A program made the translations under genes and the position numbers. The notes under the pieces are model-generated. The model was not told where the DNA came from. It did not search any database and saw only the letters and a list, made by a program, of their open reading frames with translations. A stretch of DNA of 64,000 bases from Lobosporangium transversale (lineage: Eukaryota), in NCBI RefSeq assembly GCF_002105155.1, contig NW_019028982.1, positions 620,001 through 684,000 of the forward strand. Direction: 5' to 3'. Of the stretch, positions 12,828 through 25,899 are shown piece after piece. The number at the start of each line of letters is the position of its first letter. Position 1 is the first letter of the stretch.

Positions 12828-14398
12828 ATGTCATTCTCTTGGTCCAGCACATTCCTCGTTGGGACAGCTACAACGTTCTCTCAAGGTGACAAGATTATCC
12901 TCCCACAAACAGCTCTCGAATCTATCATACAAGCCCATGCCTCTGCACCTTCTTCTTATCCATCAGACCAAACCGATTCAACCTATGACCCTACTTCCTG
13001 GGAGAATCCTCCCAGCTACTATAATAACAATAACATAAGCAAGAAACAGGACTTGCCATCCCCGCTCACTTTTCAGATCCGTAACCCTGCGAATCGATTA
13101 TTAACCCATGGAGGCGTTCGAGAGTTCTCTGCCTTGGATAATCAAGTTCATTTACCTCTCTGGATGATGAATTCCTTATCAGTGTCTGAAGGGGATCAAG
13201 TTATGATCAAATATCTCCTGTTACCAAAGGGAACTTGGGCTAAATTTCGACCCCTGACAACCGATTTCTTTTCAGAAGTTTTAGATTTAAGAGCTCTATT
13301 GGAAGCCTCTTTAAGATCTCATTATACAACACTGACAAAGGGAGAGATCTTGAAAGTTCAACAAGGGAACAAGGAGTTTGAGTTCTTGGTAGGGGATTTG
13401 AAACCTGAACATTCTGCAGGACAAGCTGTTTGTATCACCGATACAGATTTGGAAGTCGATATTGAGCCATTGGAGACAGATATGCAACAGCAACATCAAC
13501 ATCAACAGCAGCAGAATTCTGTGATACAAAATGGGAAAATAACTCAGACGAATGGGATGTCAACAAGTTTGTCCCACATGATGAATTCAAGTAGGGATCG
13601 ATCTTTAAAGATCGGTTTTGAAAGTCATGGAGAAGTAGTCGTGGATAGTTACCAATGTTGGTCGATTGATATTCCGAACCGTAACTCTGGTATCCAGATC
13701 ACAGTAAATGTAGTACCGCCAACAACAACAGCAGTGTCAGTAGATACAGAGGATTTAGATGTGGTGGTTTCAACAAAAGCACCCGTGTCTCTAGAGGACC
13801 ACATCTGGGCCAATTTTGAATCATTGAATCCACGAGTCATCACCATCCCTGCTAGCGATCAAGAATACTCGAGGAAGCAAGAAGACGGATCACAACTTAT
13901 ACACATTGGTCTTTATGGGCGAGCCTCTTCTACTTCTTCTTTGACTTCAGAAGCATCTTCTAGCTCAGCAATGGCAACGGCAGAAACAGTAAAAGGAATT
14001 GTTCGCTATAGTATTGTAGTACGGTATTATGATGGTGAATCTTTATCAGCGTCGTCGTCCTCAGGAGCAACAACAAATGTACAACAACAGCAAGAGATCC
14101 CCAATAAGGATGCGCCAGGGTACCAAGAATGTACCAACTGTGGATCATGGATTCCAGAACGGACAATAATGTTGCACACCAACTTTTGCCTTCGTAACAA
14201 TGCTAAATGTGATCGATGTGGCCAGGTCATGAAGAAGGATGAACTTCCCAATCATTTTCACTGTGATCATTGTGATAAGGTAATGCATATTCATTATTTA
14301 TATGAACATGATAAAGAAAGAATCGTGAAGGGCATTTATTATCGTCATATATTTCATTAAATCTAAATAACTTTTTTCTATTTCTTTTTTATTATTAT

Positions 14399-14436
<38 letters not shown>

Positions 14437-15310
14437 TGGACATATTTCAGAAAAGAAGAAGCATATGGAAATCTATCATGGCTGGTATCAATGCACGTGT
14501 CAACGATTCGAAACTCCATCCCTTCCAGAGCTTGCACTTCATCGACGAACCGAATGTCAAGATCGATTTATCATTTGTCGTTATTGTCATACATTGGTCC
14601 AACAGGGCTCTTTAGCGTCTAATGCTCGAGATATGATCCGAGGTCTACACTCTCATGAATCCTATTGTGGAGATCGAACGATTCAATGTCAAAAATGTTC
14701 AGCCATGGTCTCTCTCAAGGATGTTCAAGTCCATGCTCAAAATCATGAATTCCAACGACAGAACCAACCAGCTCCTCAGCTGTGCTCCAATCAAAATTGT
14801 CTTCGCATCAAATCTTCTGGCGGTGGTAATGCTGGTGCCGGTACTGCCAGTGGTGGTAGCAACAATATCTTGGGTCTCTGCCAACTGTGTTTTGGGCCCT
14901 TCTGGATCCCGACCGAAGATCCCAAGAATCAAAAACTGGTTCAAAGGCTTGCTAGAAAATATCATTCACAATTGATGACTGGTTGTGGGAACTCGTGGTG
15001 TCGGAATGAATACTGTGCAAGTTTTAGAGGTCAAGGATTAGATGCGACCACGGCAGCGACTGAATTGATGGGGATCTTGAAAGAGGCTAAAGTGGGTGCT
15101 TCTACTACAAGTTATATTCAAGGTGGCAAGACTTGGTTATGTGTGGATGAGGGTGCGACTCGGAAAAAAGTCATGGCAGAGTTGTTACATCAGGATCTGC
15201 AAGCCAAATATTCGATTGAATGGTGTATCAAAGCACTCGAGATGGAGAAATCAGATCTGGAAGCTGCTTCACAATGGCTGAACCTCCATGCACCAAGAAA
15301 ACAAAAATAA
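12828..15310 (+). CDS. UFD1-domain protein with tandem zinc fingers, an AZUL-like zinc finger and a C-terminal UBA-like domain; one intron ~14280-14434
   Basis: UFD1 motifs GDKIILPQTAL, THGGVREFSA, LPKGTW and YTTLTKG; CxxC/H repeats; RKYHSQLMTGCGNSWCRNEYCAS; C-terminal ALEMEKSDLEAASQWL. Confidence 0.85.
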
Positions 15311-15559
15311 TTAGACATATTTTTTTATTAGATCTCTTTTTAATGATTTGAAAAAGATTGACCGCTATTGTATTTTTAAATAATATTCCTCTCTGTTTCT
15401 CTGTCCCTCTGTATCACTGTCTTTCTGTTTATTATGAAATTATTGAGGTAAATACTTTTTGCTTATTGTATTGCACAAAAAAAAGAAAGAAAAATTATGC
15501 AGTAGTGTAGCGCAGTGCTTGAGAACTTGAGATGGAAAAGATAAAGATTATATTTTTTT

Positions 15560-17777
15560 TTATTCCCGAAGAAGTGATGCAACAACATGGCTGACTTTCA
15601 TGTTCTTTAGATCAGTGTAGGTTTGGCCAGTTCCCACAAACAAAATTGGCTGCCCTGTTGTGTATGTCATTGATAATGCAGCTCCGACTTTATCATCAAT
15701 CGTGTCAAACTTTGTCAAGATCATACCATCAATATGACGTGGATTCGCCATTCCTGAAAAGTCTTTCAGCGCTGCATTAAATTTCGTCAATTGATCCACT
15801 GCTTCGTTACCCACCAATGCCTCGCCTACAAAGATGATCTTATCTGGATTATTTACTGTCACCAGCTAATTATGTTCCATATAAAGATAACAGTAATATA
15901 TCCGTTAGGGTGTTATTTTACAAAGCAAAAAATGAATCAAATAAAAAACATAATCTTGCACTTATGTTGTCTTACCTTGGCAAGAGCTCGCATCAAAGGA
16001 TCATTATCTTGCATACGTCCAGCTGTATCAATCAGAACCACATCATGTCCTGTTGTCTTGGCAGACGAAATAGCCTCCTTTGCAATCGTTGCAGAATCCT
16101 TTCCATATCCCTTTTCATACAGATCCACGACCGCGTTCTGTTCTAATGCTTTCAAATTCCGAACATGAACTCGAAGCTGCTCCACAGCTCCAGAACGGAA
16201 AGTATCACAGGCTGCAATCAAAACCTTCATATTGTTTTGTAATAGCCAAAAGGCGGTCTTGGATAAGTTGGTGGATTTCCCCACACCATTGACACCAATA
16301 AAGACAATTGTATAAGGTCTTTTCTCTGCTTGTGCTTGTGCAATATCGCGTAGTAAATCGACAGAGGTTTTTGGTGTCAAAATTCGTTTTAATGCCAACT
16401 CCATGTTCTGCTTCACATGTGCCTGTACACCTAGTTGACAGTAAATGATATAAGATTAGGAGAATAATTCAGCGAAATGCTCAAAATAAAATAAAAAGGA
16501 AATAAAAGAAATACATTGTCTCCTTTTTTATTGTTCTTACTCTTGAAGCTGCCCAGTGTCTGCCCAACAAGTCCTTTAGCAATAGAATCACATAAATGTT
16601 GAGCAATGTCGGCAGCAACATTTTTATTAATCAAATGCTCCTTCATCTTTCTCATAATAGGCTCCAGACTTTCTTCTGTCATCTCTTTTTGTCCTGTCAT
16701 ATTTTTGAAAAACGACAACAGTCCATTTGAAGCAACAGGCTTTTTAGCTTGAAGGGATCGTCCCGAAATCTTTGTATAACCGCCATCTGAATCATCTGAG
16801 CTGTAACTGTCCTCAGCATCATCGCTTGCCTCCAAATCTGCAACGCTGTAGGTACCATCTTTGCTGTGCTGACCCATTCCACTTTGATCAACCTATAGTT
16901 AAAAAAAAAAAAAAAAAAAAAATTTTTTTGTTAGACTCGGCAATACATATTTAAATATAAATACATAAGGTAAAAAAAAAAATAATTACCAAGCGATCCG
17001 TTTTAACAACTTCAGATATATCTGAATTACTATAATCCAAACTCTTTGCATCTTTAGCTGAGATCTTGCCATCCCATTTTCTTCCTTCCTTGACCTTCTT
17101 TTTCGGCGAATCATCTGATCCAATAACAGGTGATGTAACAGGTGATTTAGCTCCTTTGCCCTTCCGACCGCCCATCCTAGGTGACGCTGTCTTCTTTTTA
17201 AGCAATTCTACATTTCTACGGAACTCGTCTTCATCTAGTAGAGGTGATTTGGATCCTATCTCATCTATATATTGTAAGTATTAACATTAGAAGAAGAGAA
17301 ACGGAAAGGATAAAAGAAGTGTTAATCATCTCAAATATAGCTTTTCCATATTTAAAAGCTTATAGAAAAGGTACTCCGGCATTTTTACCTGGCTTGGATT
17401 TAGCAAAAGCCAATGTATTTGCATACCCCACTGTTTCCTCAAATTTGCGTGGCTGTTTAGCTTTTTTTGACTATTTAAAGAAGAAGGAGAAAAAAAAAAA
17501 TCAATGGTCAAAATGATTGATACAAAGGAGGAAAAAAAAAAAAAAAAAAAAAGTATGAAAAATCAAGAAAACAATAAAAAAAACTTACGGAAGCATCCTG
17601 ATCTTCAACAGTCTGTAACAAAGCTTCGAATTGTAAATCCCAATCCTTGAGCTGCGGAATGCCACCATTGCTTTTACGCAATATCTTTGCACCGTATAAA
17701 TCACTGAATTGTGTACTGACAACTTTGAGCAATGTGTCGATATAAGTCAATCCAAGAGTCTTTGGATAAACGGCCTG

Positions 17778-17817
<40 letters not shown>

Positions 17818-18081
17818 AAGAGAATTGTTAAAAAAAAAAATAAGAATAAAATAAAAGTACCTTATGAATAAGCTTAGACTTACAATAAAGATGAGGTCAA
17901 GGTCATTGACAAATGTCCATTTGAGTGCATAATTGTCCTTGTAATAGATTTGAGTGGATGAACGCTCTTCGATGAGTACTTCTTGAATCAAATGATTGAT
18001 GGGTGATGTTGATGAGGCACTATATGCTTTTGACCATAGGACAAGTCCTCCTCTGGTGGTGATAGTGAAAAAATCAAGCAT
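15560..18081 (-). CDS. SRP101: Signal recognition particle receptor alpha subunit (multi-exon)
   Basis: N-terminal [16 protein letters not shown] (SRX longin domain); GTPase motifs [31 protein letters not shown] and [13 protein letters not shown]. Confidence 0.95.
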
Positions 18082-18678
18082 TGTCTTTTATGTTTTTATC
18101 TCCTGAATATCGTTGATAACCGATCTGATCCTTTATTTATTTTATTTATCTTGTTTTTTTCCTATGTGTTGCTTGACTGAAGAAGACGGAGAAGAGAAGA
18201 CGATGGAGTAATAATAAAGAGATGGAACTTTAGGAAAGTCTTTTTGGCCAAAAAAAAAAGAATGATGGAACAGGACAGAATAACCAGTAAAAAACCAGCC
18301 AATTAGAGTGCAGCAGCAAAGCAAGCTTAATTACACTTCATATATCAGCCTGACTTTTTCTTTTTTTTTATTATAATTATCATCGTTATTATTATTTTTC
18401 TTTTGTCAGTATAAACTCTTCTCCTATTTATGACGAAGAAAAGGAAGGGTGATAGAAACGGAGAACAGACTACAAAGTCGTCTGCTTTAGGGTATATGAC
18501 ACTGTGAAGGAAAGAGGAGTGACCAAAAAAAAAAAACAAAAGGCAAAAAAAAAGAAGTGCAACCAGTGTCGGTGCTCTATCTACAAATTTTGTTAAGAAA
18601 AAAAATGCACTCATTTGTAAAAAGAATGAAAGTTATTAGGAGAACAAAGATACAGAAAAAAGAGAATAAAACAAAGAC

Positions 18679-20772
18679 TTAAAAAGCAACGCTCTTGAGT
18701 TCTTCCAAAGAATCGATCCTGATGGGTGTCTTGATGGACTTGCCAGCAACGATCTCAGCAAGACCTTCACCAGAATAGGTAACAAGGGGTGACAGCTCCA
18801 GTGTGGGAGCACCCTCGAGTTGCTCATCACTCTCTCCGACAATGATCTTGCCACCTGCTGCCTCAATAAAGCGCACATGCTGTTGAAGAATATCACGACG
18901 AGAGGTCTCGGGGCAGTCCTGTCCAGTACCAGGAGCATTCTTTAAGGGCGAGAACTCTTCGCGACGGTCGACCTCAAAGACGGCCATTCTCTCTGTGAAG
19001 GGGAAGACATCAAAGACAAACATCTCGAGCTTCATTCCATTGACCTGCTTGGGTGCAATGACCTCTCCGGTGTGCATATCAAGGGTCTTGATCTTTTTGC
19101 GGGCAATGTGGTATTCCAGATCGCATTCGAATGACTCGACCCTGTTCAAAAAGTCGATTGTGTAAAAGTGGTTGGCAATGTTACCAGCACCGAAGGCAAG
19201 CTGACCATTCTTGGGATTGATGGCATGGGCAACCTCCTCATCAATCTCAGAATACTCGACTACATTGAAAGCCTTATTTCTAAGGCAGACAACACCGACA
19301 GGCTCGTCAGGAGCATTCTTACGAACGACCTTTGCACCACAGTCGGCATTCTTTTGAACACAGTAGCCGATAAAGACAGGGTCAGCAACACGGACCAGGC
19401 AGTTGTCGACACAGTAAGCATGGAGGTACTCGATCTTGCGCTCCGCCATGTTTGTCAACACACCTGTGCCACGGAGAGCAGCATACACGCCTCCGTTGCC
19501 ATCAGGGGCCACGGCAATCTGAGATTTGGATTCCATCATGATCTTGCCGTCGAATGTCAAGCATGGGAGGGTTCCTAATTTTTTTTTAAAAAAAGACTTG
19601 ATTTTAGCTCATCGTATTCGTACTTTTCATGGGTATATTGATGATTGCTAATGAATCTCCTCTCAGTCCTGATAATATCTCTATAATATGCTCTCTATAC
19701 AATTTTTTTTTTTGTTCGCCTGACTTTCCGCTGAACTATTTCTGCTTGTTTATGTCATTGTTGCTTATGCATTTCCTCTTCCTGGTGTAGTGAAAAGATG
19801 CCTCGCTGAAAATAAATGTGTTCCTTACTATTCCAGGTTCACTAGTCTGGTCTGATTGTTGGTGAGAATCCAAAATTAAATGAAAACCAAGGCGAAAGAC
19901 AAAAGTAGAGAGCCCACTCCTCTTTCATATTTCGATCCCCGTCTCCGTCTAGAGGGTAAATTGGGCATTGTTACCCTTTCTGGATACTCTTCTTTGGTAT
20001 TCCTTCCCCCCTGGAAATGACATTATAATTGTTGTCATTATGATGATTGTCGATTGCCGATTGCCGATTGCCGAATATCAAAGCTTTTTTTGTTTACTGA
20101 TTTTAGAAAAAGAGACTTACCCTGTTCAAAGAATACGATGTTGGAGCTAGATAGACCAAAGTAGTTGTTCTCCTGGAAGAAGGCAACAGTAGCAGGGCGT
20201 GTAGGACCAGAAGTCATGACATACCAAGGGATAACAACCTCAGCAGCAGCGCCGGGCTGCTTCTGTGCCAATTGTTGGAGCTTGAGAATACGCTCGGCTT
20301 GGATCTGGAAAAGAGACTTGTTTGAGGGCAAGTTAATATCATAACATCCCTTGGGGGCAGAGGATCCAAGACGAGTGCCTTGACCACCAGCCAATAGGAT
20401 GACAGCGACCTTGTTTTGACTAATTTGGTTCAATCCGATGGTCTCCCATTCGTGGATCTTGTCCTTGGAAGCCTCCAAGGTGGAATCGAAGCACTCTTCG
20501 GGCAAAGGAGCCAAAAGTGCTGATTGGTTGCTGAGCATAGGGGAAGGGCAGGTAGTAGCCTTCTGATGGATCCTGTTGACACGTTCTACGTTCAAAGCCT
20601 CGAGCTGATCGATCAACTGCTGTTGTTGGTCAGCAGAAAGATCATCGTAGAAAGTGAAGAGATGACCCTGTCCAGCAGCCTGGTAACGTTCCTTGAGTTG
20701 ACGGACATCAGAGGGAGCACCGGCCTCTTGGTGCTTGGGGGTCTGGATAGAGAGAGATGATGCGGCAATCAT
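18679..20772 (-). CDS. UAP1: UDP-N-acetylglucosamine pyrophosphorylase; 2 exons, intron ~19577-20121
   Basis: Motifs LLAGGQGTRLGSSAPKG, APDGNGG, KLEMFVFDVF and EEFSPLKNA. Confidence 0.96.
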
Positions 20773-22960
20773 GGCGATGTAATAGTGGTGGTTGTAGTAG
20801 TTTTAAGATAGAATTGCACAAAAAATTGTGAGACTGAGACTGGGAGACTTTGAGACTAGGTAATAGTTAGAAAGAGGAATGAAAAGAAAGGAATGGAAAT
20901 GTATAAAAGAGAAAGGAGGAGAGAGGTATAACGTGGTGAATGAGAAGTGATGTTGACAATGAGAACAAAGAAAGTGATGATGAAGAGTTGAGGAGGAGGG
21001 GAGACAGACGATCTTTTATAGACTCAAAAGTAAGGAACAAACTTTTTTATAACTCACTGCAAGGGTAAGTATAAAATAAAATACGCTAAAATAAGTAATA
21101 ATAATCAATCAACTCTGTTTAATTATATTCAGTTGTAATAATAATATATATTATATATATGTATATATTATATATAAATGTGTATATATACTATTCTCTT
21201 TCATTTGCAGTGCAAAAGCTTTGAAAAAGATAGACATGACAAGCAGGACAAGCAGACAGGCGCAAGAGCCTTTTTTAATGTATTTTTAACTCTTTTTTTT
21301 TTTAAAAGTTGTCTGGGTTGTTCCTGTTCCTGTTCCAGTCCATGCTCTCGCCATGCCCACATCATCGCTTTGATATAAACACATATACTTTTATCCTGAT
21401 AGTAATCCCTGTATATATCATTTAATTCTTACATAGTACATCGTGCTTCTTGACAAGCACAAGCATGGCAGACTAGCAGACTAGTGAAACATAGCATAGC
21501 AATGTACTAAAACGGCAGGAGACACAAGGGAAAAAATAAAATAAAATAAAATAAAAAAAGACTCGACAGCAGATACCAGATTACAGATTAGATATCTCGA
21601 GTTATGCTGATTCTCCTTTTTTTTTTTATGGAAGATGTGAATGATTGCATTGAGTGTAAAGTCTCACACATGACAAAGGCCCGACAAAGACAATGATTTA
21701 GACTTTTTATTTTTAGACCGGGGATCAGTCAAATGGACAGGAACGCGTTTATTGTATCAATTTAATATAACTACTTTAATTTATTTCTCACACCTACACC
21801 TATAGTATGTACATGTACTTGGGCACTGCAAATTGCTTTGAATCTACATCATGTCTATTCCTTGGCTGTGTGCTTTTGCTGATTACATCTACCAGCAGAT
21901 CTTTCTTTTTTTTTTTGTTTCCCTTTTATCCTTGTCCCATGATTGTGTCAGTGCAGATGCATTGTTCTCGTTCTTTCATATGCGGCCCTTTTTTTTATTT
22001 TATTTTGAGCTACAAAGCCCCATTTTAACATGACCCAGGTCAAAAAAAAAAGGATCTTCCGTTTCCTCCTTACCCTTACCCTTTCCCCAACTTCACTCGC
22101 TCTCATCGCTTTATCCTATCAAGTCTGATTAGGGCAGCTTTTTTTTTTTTTTTTTTTTTTTACAAAAAGAAAAGAAACAAGCGCAAGCGAACTCAAACAT
22201 AGATGCATATTGAAACAGTATAGTGAGGCAAGCTGAAGCTCAAGAAATAGAAGGTTCATGCACTCACGAATCAGACAGATCTGATATCATATCGAAAACA
22301 AAAAAAGGTAGTGCGCAACACTTGGTATTAAGAGCACAAAGGATCAAGAGATTCAGCGTAAAATAAAATAGGAGATCAGTACTAGTCTATCGATCAAAGT
22401 GCATCCATTACCCTTTTTTTATTTACTTTGGTATTGCCTTTACAGATGGCTATCATAGATGACGAATGAGAGCTACAGCTCCCATAAGAAGGTATCAAAG
22501 ATTAAGAAAGAAGAGGAAAAATGAAAATAAAGATGTTACCATCCTTCATCAACTGTCAACGATCTCAGCGACCATCGCGTCTTTTTTTTTATTGTTCCTT
22601 TTGTTCTTGTGCTGTGTGTTCTAGAAGTGAGATTAGATAGAGCAATGTTAATAATAAAGAGTGATTCAATAATACACAAAAACTCAATGTGAACCTAAAA
22701 ATAATGTGAGTCTGTGTTCCAGATAAAAGAGAGAGCGCTAAATTAAATTTTATCACATTTATTTGTCTCTACGAATCAAAATCCACCCACGGACTCCAAG
22801 TTATTGTCTGTATTTATTATTTCTTTATTTACTTTTTTTTACATGTTGTGGCGATGCGAACATTGCCAAACAAATGGCTGTTCTCTTCTTGTCCTTGTAG
22901 CAGCCCTCTTTTCTTTTTTTTTTTGTTGATTTGGAGTTATTATGTTCGACCGCTTGAATG

Positions 22961-22991
<31 letters not shown>

Positions 22992-23831
22992 GTCGCGTGT
23001 CCCCTCTTCCCAAAAATGGCTCGTTGATTAATGGCTTATGGTGAATGAATATCAATAGATCGACATGAAAATATTATATAAATATATATATACCATATAT
23101 ATAGTGTAATGTTACCCTGTTCGCAATATTTATATCTGGATATACATGTTCATGTATTCCACGCTCATCAACCTTATCTATCCTCCTATATCTGGCCTTC
23201 ATTTAACCCGCTGGTGCAGCATAATCTCTCTCTGGATATATTTATTTTTTCATTCCTTGGTCTTTTTTATCTTGGACCGTGAGCTTGAGAGCAAACATTG
23301 AAACCTGTACCTGCATTCTCATGAAAATAAATGAATACCACATTTTCTATTCCCATTGAGGCACTCACGACCACAAGGAAAAAAAAAAAAAAAAAAGAAA
23401 AAGCATCCATTAACCACTTGTTCTTTTATCACTCTCCCTTAAATCTTCCCTCATCTACAGGTTAATAAGGCCAATTTATCTAATAAGCATGAATAATTCC
23501 CCCCTCCCCATCCATCCGAAAGATTTACCAAACGTACAATAATCTTATCGCTTATCCTCGGAAAAAAAAAAGGACGCAGTGCATATGCATAAGATATAAT
23601 ATATTTATACAAGTACAAAGTGAGGTACAAAAAAAAAAGATCTTGCTGCTGTAAGCACTTTCTATTTTTGCCTTCACCAACAAACGCATAGTGGCAATCC
23701 AAAATTTGTTTTTACTCGCCACGCTCAGGGGGTGAGTAATATCACGTGTTGAAAAAGAAGCTCGCGTTCGCGTCCGAGTCTTTTTAATCCTTCTCTAGCC
23801 CAAACTCATCATTCAAACAACCCAATTCACA

Positions 23832-24485
23832 ATGAGCCGAATCACAGTAATCAAAGACGAGGCCGAGTATAGGGGCTTTTTTTCTGTGCCTTATGAACGG
23901 TTTGTAAGTCCAGACGAATAGCTATGGTTATACTAATAAAATAAAAAAGAAAAAGTGTTGACTATAATATAAAATGCTAATCGTCCAAAAAAAAAAAAAA
24001 AAAAAAAACTGTATCCTTACTTCATTGATAGATTGCTGTTGAATTTACCAGAGGAAAACCGAGCTCCAAAATGCTAGATTGCTCCACACTTTACCACAAA
24101 GTCATCTTCCTTCAGGTATATCAAAATAATAAAAGAAAAAAGATATTAGTAATAATTCATAATTCATACATCAACCTTGAATTCAATAGAAGTGAAGGTG
24201 ACATTTTTTTCCCCTTTTGTTGCTGCTTTAATAGGTCGACGTGGATGAGCAATCTGGGATTGCTCAAGGGGCTGGAGTGACCGCTGTGTATGTTTTCTCG
24301 TCTTTGTTTCATTTATCTCTTTGCTCGCCTTGTGATATCATACCTAATGATTGACATCTCCAAACTCTCCTAGACCAACTATCCATTTCTACAAGAACGA
24401 CGAAAAGCTTAATGAAGTCCCAAATGCTGATCCTAAGAAGCTTAAGGACACACTCTCTCAGCACTTCGGGTCGAAAATACGCTAG
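23832..24485 (+). CDS. Atypical thioredoxin-fold protein lacking the CXXC active site (106 aa, 4 exons)
   Basis: Exons 23832-23903, 24032-24115, 24235-24287 and 24374-24485 splice at GT-AG into an open frame: MSRITVIKDEAEYRGFFSVPYERF|IAVEFTRGKPSSKMLDCSTLYHKVIFLQ|VDVDEQSGIAQGAGVTAV|PTIHFYKNDEKLNEVPNADPKKLKDTLSQHFGSKIR*. The VDVD and cis-Pro 'VPT' thioredoxin motifs are retained. Confidence 0.75.
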
Positions 24486-25187
24486 GACCGTATTAAGTAA
24501 CAAGTAACGAGAACAAATTAAAGATCTTTGTAAAATATATGATGTTAAAATCTTCACCATAGTAAGAACCTCAATGAGGTATGGGACATAGTTCTTTTAT
24601 TTTTTTTTGGGAGGATGAGCTGGGTTTTGCAGGAGCGCAACATAACGACATTCCTCAGTGTCAGTAGTATCACACTGCTCCCTGTAGCAGTTATCGAATT
24701 TTGCCAACCGTCCGAGGATAAAACGAATCATCTCGAGCCCACTTACTGCTTCTTTCCTCCATTGCGGTTATGATTGAAACATAAGAAAAAAAAAAGCTCC
24801 TCCGAGGAATTAAACTAGAGGATCAAGGCGACTATTTTGTTTGTCAGCAATGGCTTTATCGTGCCAGAAAGCGTACACTCTGACAACACTTCTTGTTGGA
24901 TAATGGAGTATGTGATGCTCTTCTAATACCACTTGTTACATGAGTGCATACCTCATACTACCGTTCATCATCACACCACATCCAGTGGACACTTCAATCC
25001 CGCCTTCCTCGGATGCCTGCAGAAGGCGTGCTGCATTCCTACTACGACAACAGCCACGATCCTCCACGGTCTTGCGCCCTTTCATGAATATCGAGGGTGG
25101 CTATTGGTCCAAAGAGTCCTCTATGAGCTTGTAGTACTCAGTTGACAGCTTTGGAACCACTCTTTGTTTCTTGAAATGGGGTTTGCC

Positions 25188-25566
25188 TAGGCTCGTACCC
25201 ATCCCTCTTCACTTTATAAAGGTGACAGAAATTCCATTTCCTTTTTGAGTCACCTAAAGTGAAGGGGCTGGGAAAAAATCTTCGCTTATTAGCTGGTAGC
25301 TCAAAAAGGAAAAAAATTGTGCACTTGAGGGAAATTTACTCCGTATATACACAGAATAAAGTTAATAACTGTACTTTTTCCTATAAAAAACACTTTATCG
25401 AGTGCATATACGGAAAAATATTCCTTCAAGTGCACAATTTTTTTCCTTTTTGAGCTACCAGCTAATAAGCGAAGATTTTTTCCCAGCCCCTTCACTTTAG
25501 GTGACTCAAAAAGGAAATGGAATTTCTGTCACCTTTATAAAGTGAAGAGGGATGGGAACGAGCCTA
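25188..25566. mobile_element. Foldback MITE (Mutator-like), 379 bp, with a 9-bp target-site duplication
   Basis: Near-perfect inverted arms of ~175 bp (taggctcgtacccatccctc... / ...gagggatgggaacgagccta). Direct repeat GGGTTTGCC at 25179-25187 and 25567-25575. Confidence 0.85.
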
Positions 25567-25601
25567 GGGTTTGCCTATTTCCTGTAACGACTAATATATC
25601 T

Positions 25602-25775
25602 GTAAAAAAAAATAAAAAAATAAAAAAATAAAAAAATAAAAAAATAAAAAAATAAAAAAATAAAAAAATAAAAAAATAAAAAAATAAAAAAATAAAAAAA
25701 TAAAAAAATAAAAAAATAAAAAAATAAAAAATAAAAAAATAAAAAAATAAAAAAATAAAAAAATAAAAAAAAAAA
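25602..25775. repeat. (TAAAAAAA)n microsatellite
   Basis: About 20 tandem copies of an 8-nt unit. Confidence 0.95.
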
Positions 25776-25899
25776 CTCAAATAAACAACATCAACAGCAA
25801 TAACCCAAGGTGCTATTTAGTACGTGTCATTAAACTTGATCATTACCTCCAGGCGGTTCTTGAATGCATGTGAATGACCCTTCAATTACCTACTATACA

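Noticed and set aside
25259..25495. Two 64-aa ORFs with identical N-termini on opposite strands
   Set aside because: Artefact of the palindromic MITE; both begin at a non-ATG codon.
25535..25780. Phe-rich 81-aa ORF
   Set aside because: Translation of the (TAAAAAAA)n repeat.
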